Assembly (NCBI RefSeq): GCF_021869535.1
Contig: NW_026262734.1
Coordinates: 6,014,001-6,078,000, forward strand
Direction: 5' to 3'
Length of the DNA stretch: 64,000 bases
Origin: Mytilus californianus
Lineage: Eukaryota
Position numbers and translations under genes: made by a program. The notes under the pieces are model-generated. The model made no database searches. It worked only from the letters and a program-made list of their open reading frames with translations, and was not told the DNA's origin. Shown here piece by piece: positions 13,801 through 24,889 of this stretch (its first letter is position 1; every line of letters starts with the position of its first letter).

Positions 13801-16800
13801 ATAAACAGATTAGACTTTAATGAGGAAGATGTGTCTGATCCATCACTGAAGTTATATCAACAGATTAAACTTTAATGAGGAAGATGTGTCCGATCCATCA
13901 CTGAAGTTACATAAACAGATTAGACTTTAATGAGGAAGATGTGTCTGATCCATCACTGAAGTTATATAAACAGATTAGACTTTAATGAGGAAGATGTGTC
14001 TGGTCCATCACTGAAGTTACATAAACAGATTAGACTTTAATGAGGAAGATGTGTCTGGTCCATCACTGAAGTTATATAAACAAACTTTATAAATTTATTT
14101 TGCTTGCACAATTTCAAAAAGCTATACAAAACTAGAAAATTTATAAGGGTTCCGCGAAACCCAGTGTCTCGCCTACTTTTGCTGTTAATCGAAGGCTCAA
14201 CAAAAATGAGGAAAAAAAATAATAACAATATTCCTTTCAATACTATCTTTTGATTGTAAGAAACCTCTGTCCAAGTTTGGTAAAAATCCAGGATAGTTTA
14301 TGAATCTAATAAATGTTTTAAATCTTTAACTGCAGACTGTATGTAATGTTAACTGGAAGAAAAACTAAGTCCATTTATAAGTAAAATGCGGATAAATAGG
14401 TACAAAATTTTCACAAAATTTCCTTCTAGGTACTAGCTTTTGATCATAAACAAGCTTCTGACCAAGTTTGGTACAAATCCAGGATAGTTTAAGAAAGTTA
14501 TTAAAATTTTAAAAACTTTAACCACAGAGTGAATGTGATGTTTCCTGGCAGAAAACCTAAGTCCATTTATAAGTTAAATACCGAAAAAATGGAATTTTGT
14601 TTTTTAAAAGTTTACTTCTGGATACTATCTTATGATCATAAACAAGCTTCTGTCCAAGTTTGGTAGAAATCCAGGATAGTTTAAGAAAGTTATTAATATT
14701 TTAAAAACTTTAACCACAGAGTGAAAGTAATGTTTCCTGGCAGAAAAACTAAGTCCATTTATAAGTAAAATACGGAAAAACAGGATATTTTTTTTACAAA
14801 ATTAACTTCTGGATACTATCTTATGATCATAAACAAGCTTCTGTCCAAGTTTGGTAGAAATCCAGGATAGTTTAAGAAAGTAATTAAAATTTCAAAAACT
14901 TTAACCACAGAGTGAATATTTGTGGACACCGCTGCTGACGACGGAATGTAGGATCGCTATGTCTCACTTTTTCGACAAAAGTCGAAGGCTCGACAAAAAT
15001 GTGACTTCAAGAAACTTTAAGATACCCCACTGTAGCAACATGTTTCTATTTTTGTAAACATTTATTTTTGCTGTTTTAGAAGAATAAATGGAATGCCTAT
15101 TAAAAACATTAAATTACACTATTACAGCATTGCACTTTAAAAGAACACTGCAATGGTGAAATATCAATGATGAACTACCATAGGTTTTTGAAAAATAGAC
15201 CAAAACACAAAATTTAACCAAAGTCACTCAGGCAAGGTCATTGTGTTGTGATTGAAAATAATCTGAACTGTGTTGCACAATACAACACTATGGTAATGGA
15301 TATGATTGACACACTACCAGATGCTTCTGAGAAATGGCTGCAAGTTTATTTTCAGATGGTCACCATTTTCTTGTCTTCATAAATTGTATTATTATATATT
15401 CTGTTATGGAGTTTGGTTTTGAAGTTTCAAAGTTATTCATCATTTTGATGATGCACCATGTTGGCATCAACCTGATGTGATTTGATATTAACGTATTTCA
15501 AGCCTTCACAAAAACCTGTGAGGTAGGTTTTTTTATGTTGAATCTATGTGTGCTATGCTTATTGTAATGTCTGCTTTAGAAAGTGCTTAATGTGTTGTTT
15601 GCATGTACACAAATGCATATGTTATTTTCAAATATGCTTGTTTAAATTTGGTATTTAACTGTTAAGTGCTTATTACATGACTGTTGTAATGTATACTAAT
15701 GCATCGAAGTATGCTTTAAACAAGGAATTATTTGAATCTGGAATAATTTTGAATTCTCGACAATTGATAACAAATGTATGATGAAAACTAACCCAACTAA
15801 ATAAGGTTAATTCTACTTTCACTGATATTTCAGTATGAACTAACTAACCCCCCTACATTCGGTTAGTATTCATCATACATTTCTTATCAATTTTCCAGAA
15901 TTCAAAATTATTTCAGTTCACATACATTGTTTTTAAGATTAGATTTTTGGTATTTAGTTATATTTATTAAACAATAGAACTGAGACCACTATCTCCAAAC
16001 TTAATTAAATTATAAATTATTCTTTTATCATTGAAATGCTCGGAAAAGTAAACAGTTTCCTTGTTTATAATTGTTATTATATAATATTTTAAAGCTATTA
16101 TATTGTTATTTAATTAGATTACATCCATTAGAATGAAAAGCCTAAATCCTGTAAGTTGGTATCTTTTATCTATTTTATTTACAAAATATTGTTTCTGGTA
16201 ACTTCTTGTGGGCTTTAAACCATTCTTTATGGTAATATGTAGATACATTTTGTATATTGTATATAGATATAGGAAGATGTGGTATGAATGCCAATGAGAC
16301 AACTCTCCATCCAAGTAACAATTTATAAAAGTAAACCATTATAGGTCAAGGTACGGCCTTCAACAGGGAGCATTGGCTCACACCGAACAGCAAGCTATAA
16401 AGGGCCCCAAAAATTACTAATGTAAAACCATTCAAACGGGAAAACCAACGGTCTAATCTATACGTTTTAATGGTACCAAACCTTCTCCCTTTTATGTACA
16501 CATAAGTGTGACTTCCATAGTAAAATAATTTATTTCTGATAACTAGTTTCATTTTGTACAACAATCTTTATATGTGACTTATTATACTTACAAAATCCTT
16601 AATCCACAAATTAGAGCAAACGACATAAATAGTTGGTGGTACTTCCTTTCACTTTTCTTTTCATCATCCAATAAATTCAGTAGGTTATCAGAAAAAAATT
16701 GTAACTTTGGATATAGTCTGAAAATATAAAGGATTACTTATTCTATAGATAGCCAAAGACAGTAAACGAAGAATCAAGTTCTGGATCTTCTTCACAGAAA

Positions 16801-19785
16801 TTAAACTGTACAGTTATAAATAAACTAGCAATTAAATCATTGGAATGCCTTTGTCTGATGCTGTTTAAGGTGTAATACCACCAAATAATAGTATGTCACA
16901 TCCGGTTGCATACGAAAAAGGGTTAAAAAAAATATTCCCTTGAATTTGACAGTTCAATGTATGAAATTAATCTTACATTTCATTGCAGTAAAAAAATTCT
17001 GAGTCATAAACATATATCTTGGGTGTTTCAAAGCACCATTCTTTTTTTTATTTGGTGTTTCTATAAAATATTTTGGAAACTTGAGGTTACATGGATACTA
17101 AAGCTTATAAACAGGAAAGAAAGGGGTGGAAATTTGATTGGTTAATTTCCAGTGATGGTTATTATCTTATATGCGATGAAATGTTTTGTGAAATTTTGTC
17201 TGTAGTACTGGACAGGATAAAACTTTACTCATGCTAAGTATTTCTTTATTTGAAACAAAGATAAATTCTGCACAATTTTTTGAAAAGTGCAAATTTAACA
17301 AAGACTAATAGGGGAAAAGCAATGGTGGTATTACACATTTACACCTCAAGTTCATGTTTAGCATAAAGTTTTAAACTGGTGTTTCATGAAAAGACCTAGA
17401 GTGCATATTCACTGATATGTTTAATACCTTTCTTTTCTTAAATTTTGACAATATTAACACATGATTATGCCAAATTGGTATACTGTAAATTCAGAAAATA
17501 TTGCGAAGTTTTTATTAATGCGAATTATGGGACTGGGTGAGTATCGCTTTAATAAGAACTTGCATTCTGATTCCGATACATATATCTGTATACCAATTTT
17601 CCCAAAACGTCAATAATTTATCTCGCATTTTTGTCCATTCCTAAAAAATCGCAAAAATAAATGCACACAATAATTTCTGAATTTACAGTAGTATTTTTAG
17701 AAGTTGCCATTATCGTCAGACTGTTTTGTTTCCAAGACCTGAAAAGAATTAAAATACATTACAAACATGTTGTTTAGGTCCTGTTTACACCAGTCCAATA
17801 AATTGATCTTTTTTAGATCAAACTACATAAGATCCATCTTTCTTATACATGTTATAGTAATTGTAATCTCCAACCAAGGTCTACATTGTTTGTACCTCCA
17901 GATTCAGAATACAACTAAATAGACCACTTTTTTGGAAAGATCTTCTGTGATCAAATTTTCTTTCAAAAATTTAACTTGAAATCATCTAAGAAAATGAGGT
18001 AAGAATGAAACTTTTCTATCTACAGTGTAAATGCACCGGATTTAAAAAGATTGATCAATGATCTTTCTGTTGCAAAAGAAATTGTGAAATGGTCTTTTTA
18101 ACATGTTTGAAATAGATTCATCTGAGATCAGTTCAATTCTAAACAAGTCTAGGGGGAGGGTTGGGCGCCCGCTAACATGTTTAACCACTTTCTGTATGTG
18201 CCTGTACCAAGTCAGGAGCCTGTAATTCAGTGGTTGTCGTTTGTTGCTGTATATCATATTTATTTTTCGTTCATTATTTTGTACATAAATCAGGCCGTTA
18301 GTTTTCTCGTTTGAATAGTTTTACATTTGTCAATTCAGGGCCTTTAATAGCTGACTATGCGGTATGGGTTTTGCTCATTGTTGAAGGCCATATGATGACC
18401 TATAGTTGTTAATTTCTGTGTCATTTTGGTTTCTTGTGGAGAGTTGTCTCATTGGCAATCATACAACATCTTCTTATTTTTATATAAAAGGGGTCTTACA
18501 TGTATACTTTTACACATTGTGACTTGGATGGAGAGTTGTCTCATTGGCACTCATACCACATCTTCTTATTTCTATATAAAACACATGATACAATGTACAT
18601 GTAATATTCTCAAGCTACATCATACCCATTGAAATTTCAAATAATCACCAAAATAAATCTGAAAGGGTCATGTAGACCTATTGTTTGGAAAAAGTTAAAA
18701 AAAAATATTAAAGGGAGACAACATGGACAACTCGAGTGAAAAATGAACAGTGAGTGACCTCTCAGTGTGATATTCCTGCTTTAAGAGTACAAGTAAAATT
18801 ATTCCCCTTTTGAAATATTTGGACAGCAACCATATTCCTTCATGCACATCTGCAGATAGTAAACTACAATTTTGTAAAGTTTCATCAAAACCTGATAAGC
18901 CAATTAGGAGTTGCACTTGAAAGGCACATGGACAGACTGACAGACAGACTGATTCCTATATCATAGGAGGGGATATAAGAAATGAGCACAAAGATCAGCT
19001 GACAACTTGTATAGTAAAGAATATAAATCTAATAATCATCTGATTCATTGAATAATTCTTAATAGTTCTTACAATGAGCATGTGTTTCTGTACAAAGTTT
19101 TCCTGTCTAGTTGATTTCCATCTTGGTCTTTGAAATGTTCATAGCAACATCCTTTATCTTCTTTCACAAAATATTGATACAACATTGAACTTTCAACGGG
19201 CTTGCTTAATTCGTTGAAATTAACTTTGGCTGTGGCCAATTTATTTATATCTGTAACAACTGTATAGTTGTCTCCATTAAAAAAGTACTTATCAAAAGCA
19301 AAATTGATACATTCTTCAAGTATACGGCTTTTCAAATCTTGGTTTCTTAAAGCTGTGTATACATCACCAAAACCAAGATGAAGCAGAACACTCAGGTCAG
19401 TTGAACCAGTCATAGCGATATTGTAAATACTTTCAACACTAGTGCTTTGCTCAGAAGAATCAACGTTCAAACTGCTTGTATTTGGAGGCAAATTAAGACT
19501 AGACTCTCTTCCCATATTGTCAGTGGATAAATCCGTGGTTTTACTGCATGAATCTGTATAAGATCCCATATCTTTGCTGTTACTGTTAGGCGATGAATGG
19601 GGTTCTGATGGTGGCTCAGGCACTGAGAGGGACGCCGTTCGCTTAGTTTTTGGCTCTATAACATCTTTTCCTTTTAGAATTTGCGCGTTCGGTGCATTGC
19701 TGCTTTCCTCTGATGCTTCTTCATATCCAGAATACTTCCGTTTTATCGTACAAACTCTAGAGGTTGCTCTAACTCGTTCGTCCAT
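4678..19785 (-). CDS. Five-exon gene, 459-aa uncharacterised protein with a candidate C-terminal PD-(D/E)xK restriction-endonuclease-like domain
   Basis: Exons 19785-19073, 16717-16592, 11653-11518, 6584-6381 and 4878-4678 are all GT-AG with matching phases (2,2,0,0). They total 1380 nt with one terminal stop. Spliced motifs: SERKY...TPDALV...VVAVVE|AKR...AQHIGEM...IYGLLVQETK|VTLV. Confidence 0.85.
5340..5575 (+). mobile_element. Dispersed short repeat (aaagataccaaagggacattcaaactc family)
   Basis: Related copies at ~24110-24275 (-) and ~27655-27850 (+). This family is the source of the spurious ...VRxAQSLVFYVV... ORFs. Confidence 0.75.
6381..6584 (-). CDS. Nuclease-like gene exon 4 (AKRIYG...AQHIGEML...VQETK)
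   Basis: catttacag| ... aag|gtaagt; 204 nt, phase 0/0. Confidence 0.85.
7207..7800. mobile_element. Degenerate tandem-repeat-containing element (~150-bp units, acatgtacaccttacaatc core)
   Basis: Core motif recurs at about 7290, 7444, 7591 and 7736. Confidence 0.6.
8341..8617 (-). mobile_element. tRNA-derived SINE, near full length
   Basis: The minus strand starts ggggaccttggtggccgagtgg (A box), has gagtttaaaccc (B-box-like), a conserved body ggccgccacgaaatagcc and an (aatc)n tail. A second copy is at 41854-42066. Confidence 0.8.
8850..9362 (+). mobile_element. HINE-like element with ~3 internal tandem units and a (GAC)n tail
   Basis: aatcccagccttccctttgtggtatggaacctt repeated about 3 times; ends gacgacgacgac...cggtcgtataaaaa. 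Confidence 0.6.
9640..10236 (+). mobile_element. HINE-like element with two internal units and a terminal hairpin
   Basis: gacctagggggcagggc at ~9876 and ~10040; terminal tgtctcgc-ag-gcgagaca. Confidence 0.55.
11518..11653 (-). CDS. Nuclease-like gene exon 3 (DGSDT...TPDALVKGF...VVAVVE)
   Basis: acttcag| ... gag|gtaaga; 136 nt, only one frame open, phase 2/0. Confidence 0.85.
11618..14082 (-). repeat. 55-bp minisatellite (~45 copies) made of the acceptor plus first ~37 nt of nuclease-gene exon 3
   Basis: Minus-strand unit ctgtatttataacttcag|TGATGGACCAGACACATCTTCCTCATTAAAGTCTAAT. The last unit runs directly into the unique remainder of exon 3. Confidence 0.95.
14130..15000 (+). mobile_element. 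HINE-like element with ~4 internal ~190-bp repeats
   Basis: aaacaagcttctgtccaagtttggtagaaatccaggatag repeated. The motif tcgaaggctcRacaaaaat occurs near both ends, with a terminal hairpin. Confidence 0.65.
16592..16717 (-). CDS. Nuclease-like gene exon 2 (LYPKLQFF...SERKYHQLF...GLRI)
   Basis: tttatattttcag| ... tt|gtaagt; 126 nt, open reading frame, phase 2/2. Confidence 0.8.
17481..17690. mobile_element. MITE, 210 bp, with 17-bp terminal inverted repeats
   Basis: tactgtaaattcagaaa ... tttctgaatttacagta. Confidence 0.8.
19073..19785 (-). CDS. Nuclease-like gene exon 1 (MDERVRAT...RNTCS); Ser-rich N-terminus with a KRK basic patch
   Basis: 238-aa ORF whose stop codon overlaps a strong donor tt|gtaaga; phase 2. 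Confidence 0.8.
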
Positions 19786-19851
19786 GGCTGAAGGGTCTAT
19801 AAGTAAGGGGAGAGGAACCAGTATTCTGTTCTGTACAGGTAAGATCCTCCG

Positions 19852-19858
19852 TTATATA
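19852..19858 (-). promoter_or_regulatory. Possible TATA box of the nuclease-like gene
   Basis: TATATAA 67 nt upstream of the ATG at 19785; position only. Confidence 0.3.
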
Positions 19859-20239
19859 TCGGAGCACTCCCACTCAAATATATTTACTAGGATATTTACA
19901 TAGTGTGAGGGGGTGCTTAAATTCAAAAGTTTTATATATGTGTGATTCAACAAATGAAAACTGTATAGGTGTGTGCTATTTACATCATTTACAGTTATGG
20001 TCAGATCATACGCTTTAATAGTTACAATTTTTAGGAACGAAAAACCAAGGACGTATAACTAACACTCTAATATACGTCCTTGCGAAAAACAAACAAACAA
20101 ACTAACGGCACTGTACGTAATATCAAAATGAGCAAGTAAAAACAACTGATTTATATTAACAAAGTAACTGACATATAAATAAGAAGATGTGGTATGAGTG
20201 CCAATGAGACAACTATCCATTAAAACTCAAACAGCCAAA

Positions 20240-21200
20240 TTAGGTCTTTTTACAGGCATGCATGGTCCTATTAGACCTACAGAAGACGTTTGACACAGTA
20301 GATCACAAGATATTATGTGACAAATTAGAAGTAATTGGGGTTAGATCTATACCTTGGTTTGAGTCATATTTGACAAACAGAAAACAGGTTGTAAGTGCAT
20401 GTAAATGGGGTGATTTCAGAAGTATGTTATATTACATGTGGTGTCCCTCAAGGTAGCATACTGGGTCCACTATTGTTTTTGATCTATGTCAATGATGTTC
20501 AAACTAGCATCGACTCAGATTGTAAAGTTTTGATATATGCAATTTTATTTTCCCATATAGACCCTGGGGTCATCTCGCATAAATTATCCAGAATGCTGGA
20601 ATCATGCCATGATTGGTTAACTGACAATAAATTGTCCCTACATTTGGGAAAGACGGAGAGTATAATTTTTGGTCCTGGTCGAAAACTTCGGTGTTTAATA
20701 CCGGGTGATATTGCTATCTCGTGTAATGGTATTAATATTGAATCCAAAACTTTTGTAAAATATTTGGGAATAATAATTGATCAGTTTCTAACTGGTGATT
20801 TTATTGTCAACTCTAGTGAAAAAAAGTCAATCAAAGGCTTAAATTATTATATAGAAACAAAGAGTGTCTAAATTTTCAATCTAGGAAAACATTGTGCTCT
20901 TCTCTGATTCAATGTCATTTTGACTATGCATGTGCATGCTGGTATGAAGGTATATCAAAACAAATGAAGAATAAACTTCAAGTGGCACAAAATAAGATTG
21001 TGAGATTTATTCTGCAATTACATCCCAGAAAGATTGTGACATATATTGAATTTAAGAAATTGGGCTTTTTAAATATTAGTAATAGAGTCAAACAACTAAG
21101 ACTCAATCATGTTTTCAACATTTTTAACAATATATGCCCAAATTATTTACTACATACTAGTTTTGTTAAAAATGAAACATCTTTCAATACAAGATCTAGT
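20240..21200 (+). mobile_element. 5'-truncated, decayed non-LTR retrotransposon RT fragment (L2/CR1-group, Crack/Daphne-like)
   Basis: LLDLQKTFDTVDH, WFESYLTNRKQ, GVPQGSILGPLLFLIYVND, KYLGIIID and QNKIVRFIL lie across three frames. YADD is reduced to IYA-ILF, so the catalytic Asp pair is missing. Confidence 0.92.
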
Positions 21201-22657
21201 GATAAGGTACGATCGAGACACGTGTTTCGAAATAACTTTCATCGAGTACGCGCGAGACTGAAAGTTTGGAAAAATAGAAACTTTTGAGAGCAAATCAACA
21301 AACAGAACAGCCAACTTTGTGTTCGTGGATGCTACAACCTTAGTGTGAGCTCAATAGCATATTTTAACTTGGTATTTACAGACAATATATGTCAATTAAG
21401 TTAAATGAAGAAAACTTTGCTAACCTTAAAATATTTATATTTAGAATAATTAACATTTTGTTCTTCTTCAATACTTCAACGAACATAAATCATTGATAAA
21501 GATGTCTATATTATTATTATCTTATCAGCTCTCCGCGACAGCTATTGTTTTTTTATTGCAAAATGAATGTCCAATTTTGCTTCCATTACATATAAATAAA
21601 CTCATCATAGATACCAGAATAAGAATTGTGTACGCCAGACACAATCTACAGTAAAAAAAAAGGTATTCTGTAAGACCATGGAAGTAAAGTGAAAGGAGTC
21701 AATATAAATTCTTCCATGGTAAGACAAAGAACAATCTTTACAATAAAACCGAATGATAGACAATTACAATAAGCTTCTCTCGAATTACAACAAAAATATG
21801 ACAATATGATAACGTAATGAATAACAGCTTTGGATAAATGTTACCTGATACAGAACATTAGAATTTTTCAATTTCGTCACAAAAAGTTAAACACAATAGT
21901 GACTATTTTCACCGGAACTAACATTTGGCAGGTGTCTAAGACTGTAAAAAAAATGTATAGTTATTTACATCATAGAATGATCTTATTCGAAAATAAGTAA
22001 GTCAATTCATAGAATCCAACAGTAATGATTCGAAAGACCATATATATATTTTCTTAAACATCTGTAATTTGTACTCTTTCCAAATCACTATAGCTGGTTT
22101 TATTTAACGAACATTTACATTCTTTCAACAAAGAGCCTCATATCGAAAATCAAAGATTTTTCTTTCTGTATCATTCATCAAACGTAAAACGGGGATCAAC
22201 GTTCATAAGAAATGGCCCTTTTCTTTAATGAAAGTTTAACCAACAGGATTGATGATCTAGAGGGTTACAATGAATACCTTGCTTTGAAGTAATGTATGAC
22301 TCTTTATTTTGAGGTAACTTTTATTTTTTCCATTTCCTTCTTCACTTTGAATTTAATTTATAAGTTGTTTTTTTTTTATGTTTAAACTTCAACAAAAAAT
22401 TGAAAGTAAACACTTTAGTTGCGGACATATAAAAACGTATTAAATATTTTCATCCACTGAAAACAGGCTCTTCTACGATTACGTTATTACATGTCGGTTT
22501 TATCCAAGAAGTTACCTTATACATTAATTAAGTTAAAACAAAAAAATATGAATTTCCTTGTTTTAATATAAACGAATTTATCATATAAAGCGTACACATC
22601 CTCTTTCTAACATAAAACAACACGTATAACAATCACGTGTAAGTTGTGCAAGTTAAA

Positions 22658-22663
22658 TATAAA
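22658..22663 (+). promoter_or_regulatory. TATA box of the Kunitz gene
   Basis: TATAAA 44 nt upstream of the ATG at 22702. Confidence 0.55.
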
Positions 22664-22701
22664 GCAGACTTCAAGCATTACTGACATTTACTATTCTAAT
22701 C

Positions 22702-24889
22702 ATGGAGAGCCATATCAAATTACTCTTTTTCTTCTTCATACTATTTGTTCTTGTTCCGAATGGTGTCGACGGAAATGGTATGTATAATTTTTTAATATTG
22801 TTGAATTTTTGTCAAGTAAGTATAAAAATTATAGTATTTTATAGTACATCGTCTTATATAACACATTTCTAACATATTAGTTAGTGCCGTCATACGTTTG
22901 TGCGTCAGATATTTTTCATAACAAACTGTATCTTTTAAAGGGGCATTAACAGCTGCTGTCAAATTCATCTTCAACGATTTGACTCAAATTCTCATATTTG
23001 ATTTATAACATACTAAAACGTATATCCAAATTACAAAAAGTCTAAAATAAACAATTAACAATGCATGGACTCGATAATATGTATCGACATTTCGTGTGTA
23101 TTTTTGTCTAGACGTCATCTAATTAACCATCGAGATGACCTCCGAAGACGGCCGACGGTCATATAACCCGATATAAATATAAATATAAACATATAACATT
23201 CACGTGCAATTGGATTTTTCTAGGTTTGTTTGATTTCATATTTTAGGTTAAAAAGTATGTTTTTCGTTGTTTTTACCTGTGTAAGAATGATTTTTTTTGG
23301 GGATCGAATCAGTCAACCAAATGATTCATCCTTATTTCACTTTCAGTTTTGAAATTATTTTCCTTTTAAAAGCTGTATACATGCGCAACCCATCTCCAGC
23401 TAAGGGCTTAAATTAATGGTCACACGAATACGAATGCAATGAGTTCGAATTATTCACTTGCAAGTGATTAATTCACCAGCGATGTTTCTTATCTTATTTT
23501 GACAAAATTGAACCAAATTGGCTGCTAAAAGCGAATTAGTATTTCACTATATCACTGTCATTAATGATTGAACAAACAAAAGTCATATTTTATTTTTTTT
23601 TTATCTCGTAGCTAATGCCCCTTTAAGGCAATTACAGCAATGTATGAAAAGACGGAAAACATGTTTGTTACTGTTGGAATTTTTTTAACTTATAGGATAA
23701 TTGTGATTTAAACTACATTGTATATTTTACGTTTTTTTTATAGAATAAAATGATAAATATAAAATAAGGAGATGTGGTATGATTGCCAATGTGACAATTG
23801 TTCACCAGAGATCAATTGACAGGTCTAATTTATGTTTAAAAAACGAAGCATGATAGACAGCAACAAACAACAGTACATCGTAATAAAGTCATCTCCGCTC
23901 GCCTTTATTTTGTTACTATTACGGATAATTACGCCCACTTTCACCAAACTCTGGAATCGCCAATAACAACAAAATCCACGAATTAGAATTTAATGTCAAA
24001 ATCAAATGATGCATTTTTAAATTAAAATTTAAAATCTTTTATTTAGAGTTGACATTCAAAATGCACGGTTTCTGAAATACATGTTTTCACACCTGAAGTT
24101 TAATCAACATGAGATCACATCCAGTTTTTGGTGGGGTTCGTGTCGCTCAGTCTTTAGTTTTCTATGTTGTGTTTTGTGTACTGTTGGTCTTTTTCTTTTT
24201 CTTTTTTAGCCATGGCCTTGTCAGTTTATTTTTGACTTATGAGTATGAATGTCCCTTTGGTATCTTTCGCCTCCCTTTTTTAATCAAGAAACACGTTATT
24301 TAGCAGAATTGGATATATTCATCCTAGGTAGTGATCTTTCAAACTAGTAGCATACACTACATTAACAGTGACATAGAGATTTTTTATGTCAAAACCAATA
24401 TAATATTGTTGAAGTTTGTAAGCTAAAACCTGATTTCACAAGTTTGTTTCCGCTTAGCGCCACAATCGAATTTGAAACTTTATTTAATATTGCTTGGCAT
24501 TTATTTGGGAGACATTAAAAATAAAAATGCCTGACCCCCACCCCCCCTTCCCCCAAAAAAAAATATTCTTGATTTAAATCATACATGTATGTAAATGCCT
24601 TTTTTTGTATTTGTATTGATGTATCAATGTATCAATACAGATTTGTTTTGGTCAAATGTTTAAAAAAAAAATAATATACTGCTTCAAACTAGTGTTTTAA
24701 TAAATTAACCAAACAATATATTTTATAGTTTGTAAGCTAGAGCCGGTAACCGGACTATGTTTAGCAAGCTTTCAAAGATACTATTACAATTCGAAAACGG
24801 CACAATGTGAACAATTTATATACGGTGGATGTGGTGGAAATGGTAACAATTTCAAAAGTATTGCTGAATGCCAGGCTGCTTGTCCGTAA
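22702..24889 (+). CDS. Secreted single-domain Kunitz/BPTI-type protease inhibitor, 78 aa, two coding exons (22702-22777, 24729-24889)
   Basis: Exon 1 MESHIKLLFFFFILFVLVPNGVDGN is a signal peptide ending g|gtatgt. Exon 2 follows ttttatag| and reads (V)CKLEPVTGLCLASFQRYYYNSKTAQCEQFIYGGCGGNGNNFKSIAECQAACP*, with the 6-Cys Kunitz spacing, FxYGGCxGNxNNF, and matching phase 1. Confidence 0.95.
22939..23622. mobile_element. Non-autonomous DNA transposon with TTAA target-site duplication (Kolobok/piggyBac-type) in Kunitz intron 1
   Basis: ttaa|aggggcatta ... taatgcccct|ttaa; TSD at 22935-22938 and 23623-23626. Confidence 0.75.

Noticed and set aside
11618-14082. CRISPR-like appearance of the regular arrays (also 27910-30053 and 52711-54460)
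   Set aside because: There are no unique spacers and no cas genes, and the context is eukaryotic. These are plain tandem repeats.
15230-15530. Minus-strand protein-like fragments (e.g. GFCEGLKYVNIK, YIIIQFMKTRKW) as a decayed transposase or extra exon
   Set aside because: There are multiple stops and no recognisable motif, and exons 2 and 3 of the nuclease-like gene already join in frame.
24109-24303. Hydrophobic ORFs (also 5292-5585 and 27597-27887) as membrane proteins
   Set aside because: All three derive from the same dispersed repeat family.
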